Shown: positions 10,101-21,864 of the stretch, piece after piece
Numbering within the stretch: the stretch's first letter is position 1
Layout: each line of letters starts with the position of its first letter
Source of the DNA: Candidatus Methanoperedenaceae archaeon
Lineage (GTDB): Archaea > Halobacteriota > Methanosarcinia > Methanosarcinales > Methanoperedenaceae
Direction of reading: 5' to 3'
Length of the DNA: 64,000 bases
Assembly (NCBI GenBank): GCA_963753595.1
Contig: CAVWCX010000001.1
Span: 128,001 to 192,000, forward strand
Notes under the pieces: generated by a model
Seen by the model: the letters and a program-made list of their open reading frames with translations, nothing else
The model's database searches: none
What the model was told of the DNA's origin: nothing
Program-made: the position numbers and the translations under genes

Positions 10101-13100
10101 AATTTCTCATGGACTCCCGGCTTTGGAGATGCAGGAACTTATGCCTGGTTCTTTAACTCAAGTGATGGTTACGGTGGAGTTGCAGTCGAGAACATAACAA
10201 TATCTGTTAACGATACGCCATTATCGATTATCTCCTTCTCCCCGTTGACAGACCCGGCAACAGAGCAGGGTTTGACACAAAACTTCAGCATGAATATGAA
10301 CAGAACAGCCAACGTGACATGGTACATGGATGGTACCCCGGTTCAGACAGATATTAGTGTCATTTTGGCGAACTACACCAATTCCACGGCTGGCATAGGT
10401 ACATACAATATTACTGCAACAGCCAGCGATATTTATGATACTGCTACAACATCCTGGAACTGGACCGTAACTGCCCAATCCATGTATAATGTCAGCGGTT
10501 ATGTGTTTGACAACTATGGCTCAGGATTGGAAGGAGTTCTTGTGCAGAATGGAAGCAACCAGAATACAACGATAGCCTCCGGGTACTACTTGATAAGTAG
10601 TCTGGTAAACAGCACCTACAACTTCAGCTACTCTAAGGACGGATTCAACACTGGCTATCTGGAAGTTACGATCAATGGTTCGTATAATACAAGTGCCAAC
10701 AATACAATATATGACACGATACCGCCCTCTTCGATATCCAGCACAATTATAACAACCGGCAATTTCTACCTGAATAACACATGGATTAATCCAGCAGAAC
10801 CTGATTTCAATTATTCCTGGTTCAGGTACAGCAACAATACCACACTGACCAATGTCAGTAAGAATGCCAGTTATCTGAATCTCACCTGGCCGCCGCACTA
10901 CTCCCAGAACCTCAGCGTCCAGACAGTTGATGTTTATGGTAACACTAACCAAACGAAAGTCTGGTTCAATGCCACTATTCCCAATAATGCACCTGTTCAG
11001 TCACAGATCGGAAATAAGACCTTCGATGAAGGGCAATGGTTGAACTTCACAGTTAACGCCACCGACCTGGATAATGATGTATTGGTTTATGGCACCAACG
11101 CAACGAACGGTACGTTCAATACCACGACAGGTAACTTCTCATGGCAGACAACCTTTGCAGATTCAGGAATCTATGTGTGGAACTTCAACTCAAGCGACGA
11201 TTACGGTGGAGTTGCCGTCGAGACTATAACAATAACTGTGAACAATACCCCGCTTTCCTTCACTTCATTCTCCCCACTGACCGATCCGACAACGGAACTG
11301 GGCTTGTCACAAAACTTCAACGTAACACTGAACAGAACAGCCAACGTGACATGGTACATGGATGGTATCCCTATCCAGACCAATACAAGTATCACCTTTG
11401 CCAACTACACCAATTCCACAGCTGGCATAGGAACATACAATGTTACTGCGACGGCCAGCGATATTTATGATACTGCTACAACATCCTGGAACTGGACCGT
11501 AACCGCCCAATCCATGTATAATGTCGATGGCTATGTGTTTGACAACTATGGCTCAGGATTGGGAGGAGTTCTGGTACAGAACGGGAGCAATCAGAATACA
11601 ACGATAGCCTCAGGGTACTACCTGATAAGTAGTCTGGCAAACGGTACTTACAACTTCAGCTACTCCAGGACCGGATTCAACACAGACTACCTGGAAGTTA
11701 CAATAAACGGTGCAGATAATACAAGCTCGAATAAGACATTATATGATACCACTCTACCAGCCTCTGTATCTGATTCTATTATGTTGACCGGCAACTTCTA
11801 TGTAAACAATACATGGATTAATCCACAGGATGCAGACTTCAATCATACATGGTTCAGGTACAGCAACGATAACACACTTACGAATGTCAGTAATACATCC
11901 AGCGACCTCAACATCACCTGGCCGCCGCACTACACCCAGAACCTCAGTGCCCAGACTATTGATGTTTATGGTAACACAAACCAGACGAAAGTCTGGTTCA
12001 ACACCACTATACCCAATAACGCTCCAGTCCAGGCAGCGATTGGTAACAAAACACTAACATCAGGCCAGCTTTTAACCTTCATTGTTTCAGCTACCGATGC
12101 GGATAATGACACAATTACCTTCGGCATGAATGCAACGAATGGCAGCCTGAACACCACAACCGGAAATTATTTCTGGCAGACCAATAGCACTGACGTTGGA
12201 ACTTATGTCTGGAACTTCAATAGCAGCGATAATTATGGCGGAGTTGCGAATGAAACCATCACCATTACCGTAACTGAAATCCCGACATATCTACCTCCAT
12301 CTCCTGTTAACCTCATCGCGACCCAGGGCAACTTCTGGATAAACCATAGCTGGGAAGCAGGATTGGGTAATGACACGAACAGCTACAACGTAAGCGTGAA
12401 CGATATCTGGACGAACGGAACGACAGCTACTTTCAACAACACCACAGTTCCAGCCCATGGGTGGAGTAACATTTCAGTCTATGCCTACAATTCCTCAGGC
12501 ACAGGAACACTGAACACGACCCCTGTATCCAATAACACCCAGCTTTCCAATAATTTAGTGACTATCGGGAATATCTCTTCCAGTTATACAGTCACATCCG
12601 GTGACACGATTTCGATTTATCCGACCTCAAGCGACCTGGACGGTGACGTTCCAACATTTGCCCGGAACTTCAGTAACGGAACATTCTCCCCCAATAATGG
12701 AACTCTGGTCTGGACGACAGCAAGCATCGATATCGGCCTCCATTCCCTGCAAATCAACGTCACCGACGGTTATGGTTCCGTATCCTCCTCGAATTTCACA
12801 ATAACCGTGACCGCCCCAATACCCTTTAATTACACTCCTCCATCCCCTGTCAACCTCATCGTGACCCAGGGCAACTTCTGGATAAACCACAGCTGGGAAG
12901 CAGGATTGGGCAATGACACGAACAGCTACAACGTAAGCGTTAACGACCTCTGGACAAACGGAAGTACGAACACTTACAATAACAGTACAGTTCCAGCCCA
13001 TGGCTGGAGCAACATTTCAGTCTATGCCTACAATTCCTCAGGCACAGGAACCCTGAACACTACCCCGATCACCAATAACACCCAGCTTTCCAATAATTTA

Positions 13101-16100
13101 GTGACTATCGGCAATATCTCTTCCAGTTATACAGTCACAGCTGGAGACATAATCTCGATATATCCGACCTCAAGCGATCTGGACAATGACGTTCCAACAT
13201 TTGCCCGGAACTTCAGTAATGGTACATTCTACCCTGATAATGGAACCCTGATCTGGACGACAGCGAGCATCGATACAGGCCTCCATTCCCTTCAAATCAA
13301 CGTCACCGACGGTTATGGTTCCGTATCCTCCTCGAATTTCACAATAACCGTGACCACCCCAATACCCTTTAATTACACTCCTCCATCCCCTGTTAACCTC
13401 ATCGCGACCCAGGGCAACTTCTGGATAAACCACAGCTGGGAAGCAGGATTGGGCAATGACACGAACAGTTACAACGTAAGCGTTAATGACCTCTGGACAA
13501 ACGGAAGTACGAACACTTACAACAACACCACAGTTCCAGCCCATGGGTGGAGCAACATTTCAGTCTATGCCTACAATTCCTCCGGTTCAGGAACACTGAA
13601 CACGACCCCTGTATCCAATAACACCCAGCTTTCCAATAATTTAGTGACTATCGGGAATATCTCTTCCAGCTATACAGTCACAGCCGGTGACACGATCTCG
13701 ATCTATCCGACATCTCTCGACCTGGACGGAGACATTCCAACATTTGCCCGGAACTTCAGTAACGGAACATTCTCCCCCAATAATGGAACTCTGGTCTGGA
13801 CGACAGCAAGCATCGATATCGGCCTCCATTCCCTGCAAATCAACGTCACCGACGGGTTTGGTTCCGAATCCTCAACGAATTTCACAATAACCGTGACCGC
13901 CCCAATACCCTTTAATTACACTCCTCCATCTCCTGTTAACCTCATCTCGACCCAGGGCAACTTCTGGATAAACCATAGCTGGGAAGCAGGATTGGGTAAT
14001 GACACGAACAGCTACAACGTAAGCGTTAACGACCTCTGGACAAACGGAAGTACGAACACTTACAATAACAGTACAGTTCCAGCCCATGGCTGGAGCAACA
14101 TTTCAGTCTATGCCTACAATTCCTCAGGCACAGGAACCCTGAACACTACCCCGATCACCAATAACACCCAGCTTTCCAATAATTTAGTGACTATCGGCAA
14201 TATCTCTTCCAGTTATACAGTCACAGCTGGAGACATAATCTCGATATATCCGACCTCAAGCGACCTGGACGGTGACGTTCCAACATTTGCCCGGAACTTC
14301 AGTAACGGTACATTCTCCCCCAATAATGGAACCCTCTTCTGGACAACTGAAAGCATCGATACAGGCCTCCATTCCCTTCAAATCAACGTCACCGACGGGT
14401 TTGGTTCCGTATCCTCCTCGAATTTCACAATAACCGTGACCACCCCAATACCCTTTAATTACACTCCTCCATCTCCTGTTAGCCTTTCAACCACGCAGGG
14501 CAACTTCTGGATAAACCACAGCTGGGAAGTAGGATTGGGCAATGACACGAACAGCTACAACGTAAGCGTTAATGACCTCTGGACAAACGGAAGTACGAAC
14601 ACTTACAATAACAGTACAGTTCCAGCCCATGGCTGGAGCAACATTTCAGTCTATGCCTACAATTCCTCAGGCACAGGAACCCTGAACACTACCCCTGTAT
14701 CCAATAACACCCAGCTTTCCAATAATTTAGTAACGATCGGCAATATCTCTTCCAGCTATACAGTCACAGCAGGTGACACTATCTCCATCTATCCGACCTC
14801 AAGCGACCTGGACAATGACCTTCCAACCTTTGCCCGGAACTACAGTAATGGTACATTCTACCCCGATAATGGAACCCTTGTCTGGACAACAGAAAGCATC
14901 GATACAGGCCTCCATTCCCTTCAAATCAACGTCACCGACGGGTTTGGTTCCGTATCCTCCTCGAATTTCACAATAACCGTAACCGCCTCATTACCCCTTA
15001 ATTACACGCCTCCATCTCCTGTTAGCCTTTCAACCACGCAGGGCAACTTCTGGATAAACCACAGCTGGGAAGCAGGATTGGGCAATGACACGAACAGCTA
15101 CAACGTAAGCGTTAACGGCAGCTGGACGAATGGAACGACAGCCACTTACAACAACACCACAGTTCCAGCCCATGGCTGGAGTAACATTTCGGTATATTCA
15201 TACAACAGTTCAGGTACAGGAACCCTGAACACGACCCCGATCACCAATAACACCCAGCTTTCCAATAATTTAGTAACGATCGGCAATATCTCTTCCAGTT
15301 ATACAGTCACAGCCGGCGACACGATCTCCATCTATCCGACATCCCTCGACCTGGACAATGACGTTCCAACCTTTGCCCGGAACTTCAGTAATGGTACATT
15401 CTACCCCGATAACGGAACCTTCATCTGGACAACAGACAGCATCGATACAGGCCTCCATTCCCTGCAAATCAACGTCACCGATGGCTATGGTTCCGTATCC
15501 TCCTCGAATTTCACAATAACCGTGACCACCACAATACCCCTGAATTACACTCCTCCATCCCCCGTTAACCTCATCGCGACCCAGGGCAACTTCTGGATAA
15601 ACCACAGCTGGGAAGCAGGATTGGGCAATGACACGAACAGCTACAACGTAAGCGTTAATGACCTCTGGACAAACGGAAGTACGAACACTTACAACAACAG
15701 TACAGTTCCAGCCCATGGCTGGAGCAACATTTCAGTCTATGCCTACAATTCCTCAGGCACAGGAACCCTGAACACGACCCCTGTATCCAATAACACCCAG
15801 CTTTCCAATAATTTAGTGACTATCGGCAATATCTCTTCCAGTTATACAGTCACAGCTGGAGACATAATCTCCATCTATCCGACCTCAAGCGACCTGGACG
15901 GTGACGTTCCAACCTTTGCCCGGAACTTCAGTAATGGTACATTCTACCCTGATAATGGAACCCTGATCTGGACGACAGCGAGCATCGATACAGGCCTCCA
16001 TTCCCTGCAAATCAACGTCACCGATGGCTATGGTTCCGTATCCTCCTCGAATTTCACAATAACCGTATCCGCCGCATTACCCCTGAATTACACGCCTCCA

Positions 16101-18656
16101 TCCCCTGTTAACCTCATCGCGACCCAGGGCAACTTCTGGATAAACCACAGCTGGGAAGCAGGATTGGGCAATGACACGAACAGCTACAACGTAAGCGTTA
16201 ATGACCTCTGGACAAACGGAAGTACGAACACTTACAATAACAGTACAGTTCCAGCCCATGGCTGGAGCAACATTTCAGTCTATGCCTACAATTCCTCAGG
16301 TACAGGAACACTGAACACGACCCCGGTTACCAATAACACCCAGCTTTCCAATAATTTAGTGACTATCGGGAATATCTCTTCCAGTTATACAGTCACAGCT
16401 GGAGACATAATCTCGATATATCCGACCTCAAGCGATCTGGACAATGACGTTCCAACATTTGCCCGGAACTTCAGTAATGGTACATTCTACCCTGATAATG
16501 GAACCCTGATCTGGACGACAGCGAGCATCGATACAGGCCTCCATTCCCTTCAAATCAACGTCATTGACGGATTTGGTTCCGTATCCTCCTCGAATTTCAC
16601 AATAACCGTGACCGCCCCAATACCCTTTAATTACACGCCTCCATCCCCTGTTAACCTCATCGCGACCCAGGGCAACTTCTGGATAAACCACAGCTGGGAA
16701 GCAGGATTGGGCAATGACACGAACAGCTACAACGTAAGCGTTAATGACCTCTGGACAAACGGAAGTACGAACACTTACAATAACAGTACAGTTCCAGCCC
16801 ATGGCTGGAGCAACATTTCAGTCTATGCCTACAATTCCTCAGGCACAGGAACCCTGAACACGACCCCTGTATCCAATAACACCCAGCTTTCCAATAATTT
16901 AGTGACTATCGGGAATATCTCTTCCAGTTATACAGTCACAGCAGGTGACACTATCTCCATCTATCCGACCTCAAGCGACCTGGACAATGACCTTCCAACC
17001 TTTGCCCGGAACTACAGTAATGGTACATTCTACCCTGATAATGGAACCCTTGTCTGGACGACAGCAAGCATCGATACAGGCCTCCATTCCCTGCAAATCA
17101 ACGTCATTGACGGATTTGGTTCCGTATCCTCCTCGAATTTCACAATAACCGTGACCGCCCCAATACCCCTTAATTACACGCCTCCATCCCCTGTTAACCT
17201 CATCGCGACCCAGGGCAACTTCTGGATAAACCACAGCTGGGAAGCAGGATTGGGTAATGACACGAACAGCTACAACGTAAGCGTTAACGACCTCTGGACG
17301 AACGGAAGTACAAACACTTACAATAACAGTACAGTTCCAGCCCATGGCTGGAGTAACATTTCGGTATATTCATACAACAGTTCAGGTACAGGAACCCTGA
17401 ACACGACCCCGATCACCAATAACACCCAGCTTTCCAATAATTTAGTAACGATCGGCAATATCTCTTCCAGTTATACAGTCACAGCCGGCGACACGATCTC
17501 CATCTATCCGACATCCCTCGACCTGGACAATGACGTTCCAACCTTTGCCCGGAACTTCAGTAATGGTACATTCTACCCTGATAATGGAACCCTTGTCTGG
17601 ACGACAGCAAGCATCGATATCGGCCTCCATTCCCTGCAAATCAACGTCACCGACGGCTATGGTTCAGTATCCTCATCAAATTTCACAATAACAGTCAAAT
17701 CATTGCCATCTTATAATGCAAGCGGCTATGTGTTCGATAATTTCGGCGCAGGATTGGAAGGTGTCCTGGTCCAGAATGGCAGCAACCAGAGTATAACATC
17801 AGCATCAGGATATTATTCCATAACAAATCTGCCAAATGGTACTTACAACTTCAGCTATTCAAAAGCTGGATTTAATACGGACTATTTAGATATCACAATC
17901 AGCGGTGCTAATAATACCACGGCGAATAAGACACTCTATGATACAACACCGCCAGCCAGTGTTTTCAATATTGCCAACACTTCAAATCCAATGTATATCA
18001 ACTGGACATGGTCAGATCCGTCAGACCCTGATCTTGATCATGTAGAAGTGTATATTGACGGCGCGTTCATGATCAATGTGTCCAGAGAAGTGCAATTCTA
18101 CAATGCAAGTTACTTTGCTCCTAATTCAACCCACATAATATCAACACGAACTTCTGATAATTTCAGTAATGTGAATACTACCTGGGTCAATAATACAGCA
18201 ACTACTCACTCCGAATATACCTATGTATCCAGTTTCATGAATGAAACGGGCATAGTATCAGGCTTTGACGATGCCCGGAATGCAAGTGATGGACTGGTTG
18301 CAATCTTTGCAGAGGTTAATGTGGGTGGATTGTACCAGCTCAATGTTACCACAAATACCACTGGAATACCTGACGCCAGCATCCACACATTGGAGCTGAG
18401 ATACAATGTTTCCGGAGACAACTTCACAATGCAGATATGGAACGGGTCATCATGGAACAACAGGTCAATTTTGAACGATACTTCAATGTCTTACATCAAC
18501 ATTACTATACTCCCCGAAGAATTGATTTCCGACGGAACACTGCCGGGTAATGCAGGAACTATTAATAAGTACTATTCACTTGTTCGTTATCTGGATTTGA
18601 ATGCAAGCGCGCAGAGCATGCTGTATCTTGACTATCAGAGGATTTACAATGTATAA
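7147..18656 (+). CDS. Giant (~3,836 aa) octaheme cytochrome-Ig/FN3/cadherin-repeat surface protein, split by a 1-nt frameshift at G7 (7613-7619)
   Basis: ORF 7147-7632 and ORF 7725-18656 are colinear with paralog 6209-7093; adding one G gives MRRGGRHNIKNVSCKDCH versus paralog LKQGGNHNIKNVSCKDCH. Confidence 0.85.
8030..12290 (+). repeat. Four ~344-400 aa super-repeats (Ig-like + carboxypeptidase-regulatory-like + FN3-like + cadherin-like)
   Basis: Recurring SGYVFDN(F/Y)GS, TGNFYxNNxWINP, IPNNxPxQ; units 3 and 4 are near-identical at a 1032-bp period; Gly/Ser linkers in units 1-2. Confidence 0.8.
12294..17695 (+). repeat. Ten near-identical 543-bp (181-aa) intragenic tandem repeats
   Basis: PPSPV..TQGNFWINHSWE starts at ~12294, 12837, 13380, 13923, 14466, 15009, 15552, 16095, 16638, 17181. 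Confidence 0.95.
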
Positions 18657-18811
18657 AATGAGGAATTCAGTTATCATTGAGCAATTTATTTATAATATGA
18701 GAAGCAAATATTTATATACTAATGATTCAGCCTTAAAAGGATCTCTTGTGCAAAATGGCAGTAAACCGAACACCTCAATAGCATTTAAAAAACCATATGA
18801 GGTGATAAAAA

Positions 18812-19693
18812 ATGAAAGATAAAATCGCAGTATTCAGTGCTATACTTCTGGGCGTAGTGGTGGGATTATTTGCAACGTTATCACTGATAATAGATGTTTT
18901 CTTTCTCGATAATATCTTAGGAACATTAATAGATCTTATCATAATGGTATTCTCTTACATGACGGCATGGATAGGGGTAAGGCACGTCCTGATGCAGAAA
19001 CTCGCGAATGATAAAATGGATAAGGAATGGGATTATAAAATTCAGCCACTCATGAATATGCTCACTGATACGGTTGGCAGGATCAATGCTATGGAAACCC
19101 AGGTAATGCAGACCAATCGCAGGGTGGACACCACTCTTGATTATGTAACTAAGATGCAGGATATGGATGCTTCAAAAGTATATATTTTCCCGGGCGCGTC
19201 TTTTAAATTCATAGCAAAAGTTCTTGTAGTGACAGTCTTTACATTCTCTTCATTAGTTTATGTGGCCGAATATCCGCTGGGTATTGTTCATTATTTCATT
19301 TTGATCATTTACCTGATATGGTGGGCATTATTCACTTCAGAATATAAACTTTTCAATAACAAGATGGCTTGGTTATGGGCGCTTGCTCCAATAATGACCG
19401 TTCCAGTCGGGGGAATTATCCTTGACGCAGCATGGGGACCAAATATCATGATGGGTATTTTGTTCGGTTTATTATTCTTCTATGTCTATTTTTATTATTC
19501 CTGGGCTGCCTATGTTACTGTAGGGTTCAAATTGTTAGACTTGAAAGGATTAAGGGATTATCTTATCAAGAATATGGACACGTATGTTGAAAAGGAGAAA
19601 ACTGAGCGCAAGATTAACAGGAAATGGATCGATGTGGCAATTCTTGCCAGTATAGTAATTGCGGGAGCAATTGCGGTATGGGTTTTTATTTAA
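18812..19693 (+). CDS. Multi-pass membrane protein with a coiled-coil loop, function unknown
   Basis: GAGGTGA SD; ~7 hydrophobic segments. Confidence 0.8.
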   Translation: MKDKIAVFSAILLGVVVGLFATLSLIIDVFFLDNILGTLIDLIIMVFSYMTAWIGVRHVLMQKLANDKMDKEWDYKIQPLMNMLTDTVGRINAMETQVMQTNRRVDTTLDYVTKMQDMDASKVYIFPGASFKFIAKVLVVTVFTFSSLVYVAEYPLGIVHYFILIIYLIWWALFTSEYKLFNNKMAWLWALAPIMTVPVGGIILDAAWGPNIMMGILFGLLFFYVYFYYSWAAYVTVGFKLLDLKGLRDYLIKNMDTYVEKEKTERKINRKWIDVAILASIVIAGAIAVWVFI

Positions 19694-19720
19694 ACACAAA
19701 AATTGATACGAACATATAAA

Positions 19721-20369
19721 ATGAACCTGAAAAAAATTATTGATGGCCGGGTGATATTTTATATAGCTATAATAGTTATTTTAATTGCATTGAATATCCC
19801 TGTTACGACTTCGGAAACTCATACAGAAAAAGAATTTTACACGGAACAAGAACCGTTCAATCTGACTGAAACATATTATGAGAAGGAATCGTATATAGAT
19901 AATGTACCTTTGAAAATTAATACGAGCCTTGACTGGCATATTACTGACCATCGATATAAAGATGAGTTTGACTTAATTGCAACATTAAAAAACATTGATA
20001 ATTCAAACGGAGAATTTTGGGTTACTTTTCATGTGGAAAGCACAAATGGGTCTTTCGATTACACAACAGACAGGGTATTTTTGAAACCTGCAGAAAGTTT
20101 TCAAATAGAACATGGATTTACAGGTCTTTTCTCATATGTTACCTATAAGGTAAAACAGCCAACCAAAGAAGTAGAAAAAATTCCGGGACATACCTAAAGA
20201 AAGAACGATTACGAGCTATCGCGAGATTGAAAAATCCCGCGAAGTGGTCAGGGTGAAGAAAAATACATTGACCTTCCTTCAACGAATATTGGAGTATCCA
20301 CCGAACTATGAGCCTGAGCCGCCTGTGCAAATACCAACTGAAAATGTAGAAGATAACTGGGAAGAGTAG
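19721..20369 (+). CDS. Membrane-anchored hypothetical protein with an apparent frameshift at A6 (20175-20180)
   Basis: Removing one A extends the ORF as VEKFRDIPKERTITSYREIEKSREVVRV...DNWEE to TAG 20367-20369, complementing the N-terminal ETHTEKEFYTEQEP strand pattern. Confidence 0.65.
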
Positions 20370-20460
20370 CATGACAATGATTCTAATCCACGGGTCGCAA
20401 TACGGGGGGGAAGTTAATTCCGTTAATCTTATAATTACACAACCCTCAGAGAAGGCTTAT

Positions 20461-21672
20461 ATGAAATTAAGATTTATGAAACTATTTATCTTTTTGTTCG
20501 CAGTAAGTTCAATAATTGGAATGGCATCCGCAAAATGGAATGAACCATATTTCATTTTACCGGATTCTGACCGTCCTTCGATGATACAGGATATGGATGG
20601 GATATACTGGATAGCTTTTAATTCATATACAAACCCTCAAAATATCTGGATAATGAATTCTAATGATAGCATTAATTGGACTAATTTCTATCAGGTTACA
20701 GCCTCAAATCTTACAGATTATGAACCGAATTTGATCCAAGATAATAAAGGCAGGTTCTGGATACTTTTTTCATCTCTTATAGAGATCAGGGGAACATTGA
20801 GTTTCAATTATGATCTGAAACTTACTCATTCTGATAATGGTATTAACTGGTCAGAACCTGTTAATATCACAAATAGCCCATTAATTGAATCATACCCTTA
20901 TATAATGCAGGATAGAACAGGGCGATATTTTATTACATATTCGACTTATAGCAATGAATCAATAAATAATCTGGATATTTATTTGAAATATTCTGATGAT
21001 GGGTTAAAATGGTCACAACCAATAAGGATAACAGATTCCTCTGAAAGTGATATTTTTCCAATCATGATCCAGGATAACAGCGGAAAATACTGGATGCTTT
21101 TTTCCATGAATACTCATGAAAGACATAAGCCTTTATTAAATAAATATGATTTATTTTTAATATATTCAGGAGACGGGATACGCTGGTCAGATGCAGCTGA
21201 GATAACAAATCTGAGCTACAATATCAATTATCCTTATTTCATGCAGGATAAAGAAGGAGTATTCTGGATCCCCCACATGACCGGCATCACAGGGTCTGAA
21301 GAACTCGGGATCATGGGATCATTGAACGGGACTGAATGGACTGACTCTGTTGTATTGTCAAATTATAGTACTGAAGGATATTTCAAGACCGATTATAAGT
21401 CCATGATCCAGGACCGGAATGGAAGCTATATATATGCTTTTACTTCTGCAAAAATCGGGAGGGGAATATGGCTGATGAATGGAACGCCTGACCTGGATTT
21501 CTCAAAGCCCAGAAAGGTGGAATTCAATAATAGCAGGATAACTGCAGAAAACGATACGAAAAACATCATAAGAACCATCCCTGAAAGGAAAAACAATGAG
21601 CTTGGAATAGAATTAGGATCTTTGACCATATTGATTTTCTTTGTAATTGTTATTCTGAAAAGATCATCATGA
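20461..21672 (+). CDS. BNR/Asp-box repeat (sialidase-like beta-propeller) surface protein with a C-terminal membrane anchor
   Basis: SDNGINWS, SDDGLKWS, SGDGIRWS, SLNGTEWT repeats; signal peptide from ATG 20461; TM helix plus KR tail. Confidence 0.8.
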   Translation: MKLRFMKLFIFLFAVSSIIGMASAKWNEPYFILPDSDRPSMIQDMDGIYWIAFNSYTNPQNIWIMNSNDSINWTNFYQVTASNLTDYEPNLIQDNKGRFWILFSSLIEIRGTLSFNYDLKLTHSDNGINWSEPVNITNSPLIESYPYIMQDRTGRYFITYSTYSNESINNLDIYLKYSDDGLKWSQPIRITDSSESDIFPIMIQDNSGKYWMLFSMNTHERHKPLLNKYDLFLIYSGDGIRWSDAAEITNLSYNINYPYFMQDKEGVFWIPHMTGITGSEELGIMGSLNGTEWTDSVVLSNYSTEGYFKTDYKSMIQDRNGSYIYAFTSAKIGRGIWLMNGTPDLDFSKPRKVEFNNSRITAENDTKNIIRTIPERKNNELGIELGSLTILIFFVIVILKRSS

Positions 21673-21864
21673 TGCACGTTACATGATGATAATGCTACTA
21701 ATCATTTTAATTTTCACGACATATAATAATAGAAAAATTTATAAGGGATAAGGTCTAATTATTTTTTAATATTTCATATGGATAGGATAGAAGATTTCAT
21801 TTCTCACTGGATAGAAGTTTTCTTAAAAACATAATGATAAAAATGAAACCAGGGAAAGAATTAT

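Noticed and set aside
10221-17639. Many recurring 60-150 aa alternative-frame and antisense ORFs (MGWNC..., MTLSP...)
   Set aside because: Shadows of the tandem repeats in the giant gene; they recur with the 543-bp and 1032-bp periods
7630-20197. Pyrrolysine/selenocysteine readthrough to explain split genes
   Set aside because: Both breaks need frame changes and end in TAA, not in-frame TAG/TGA
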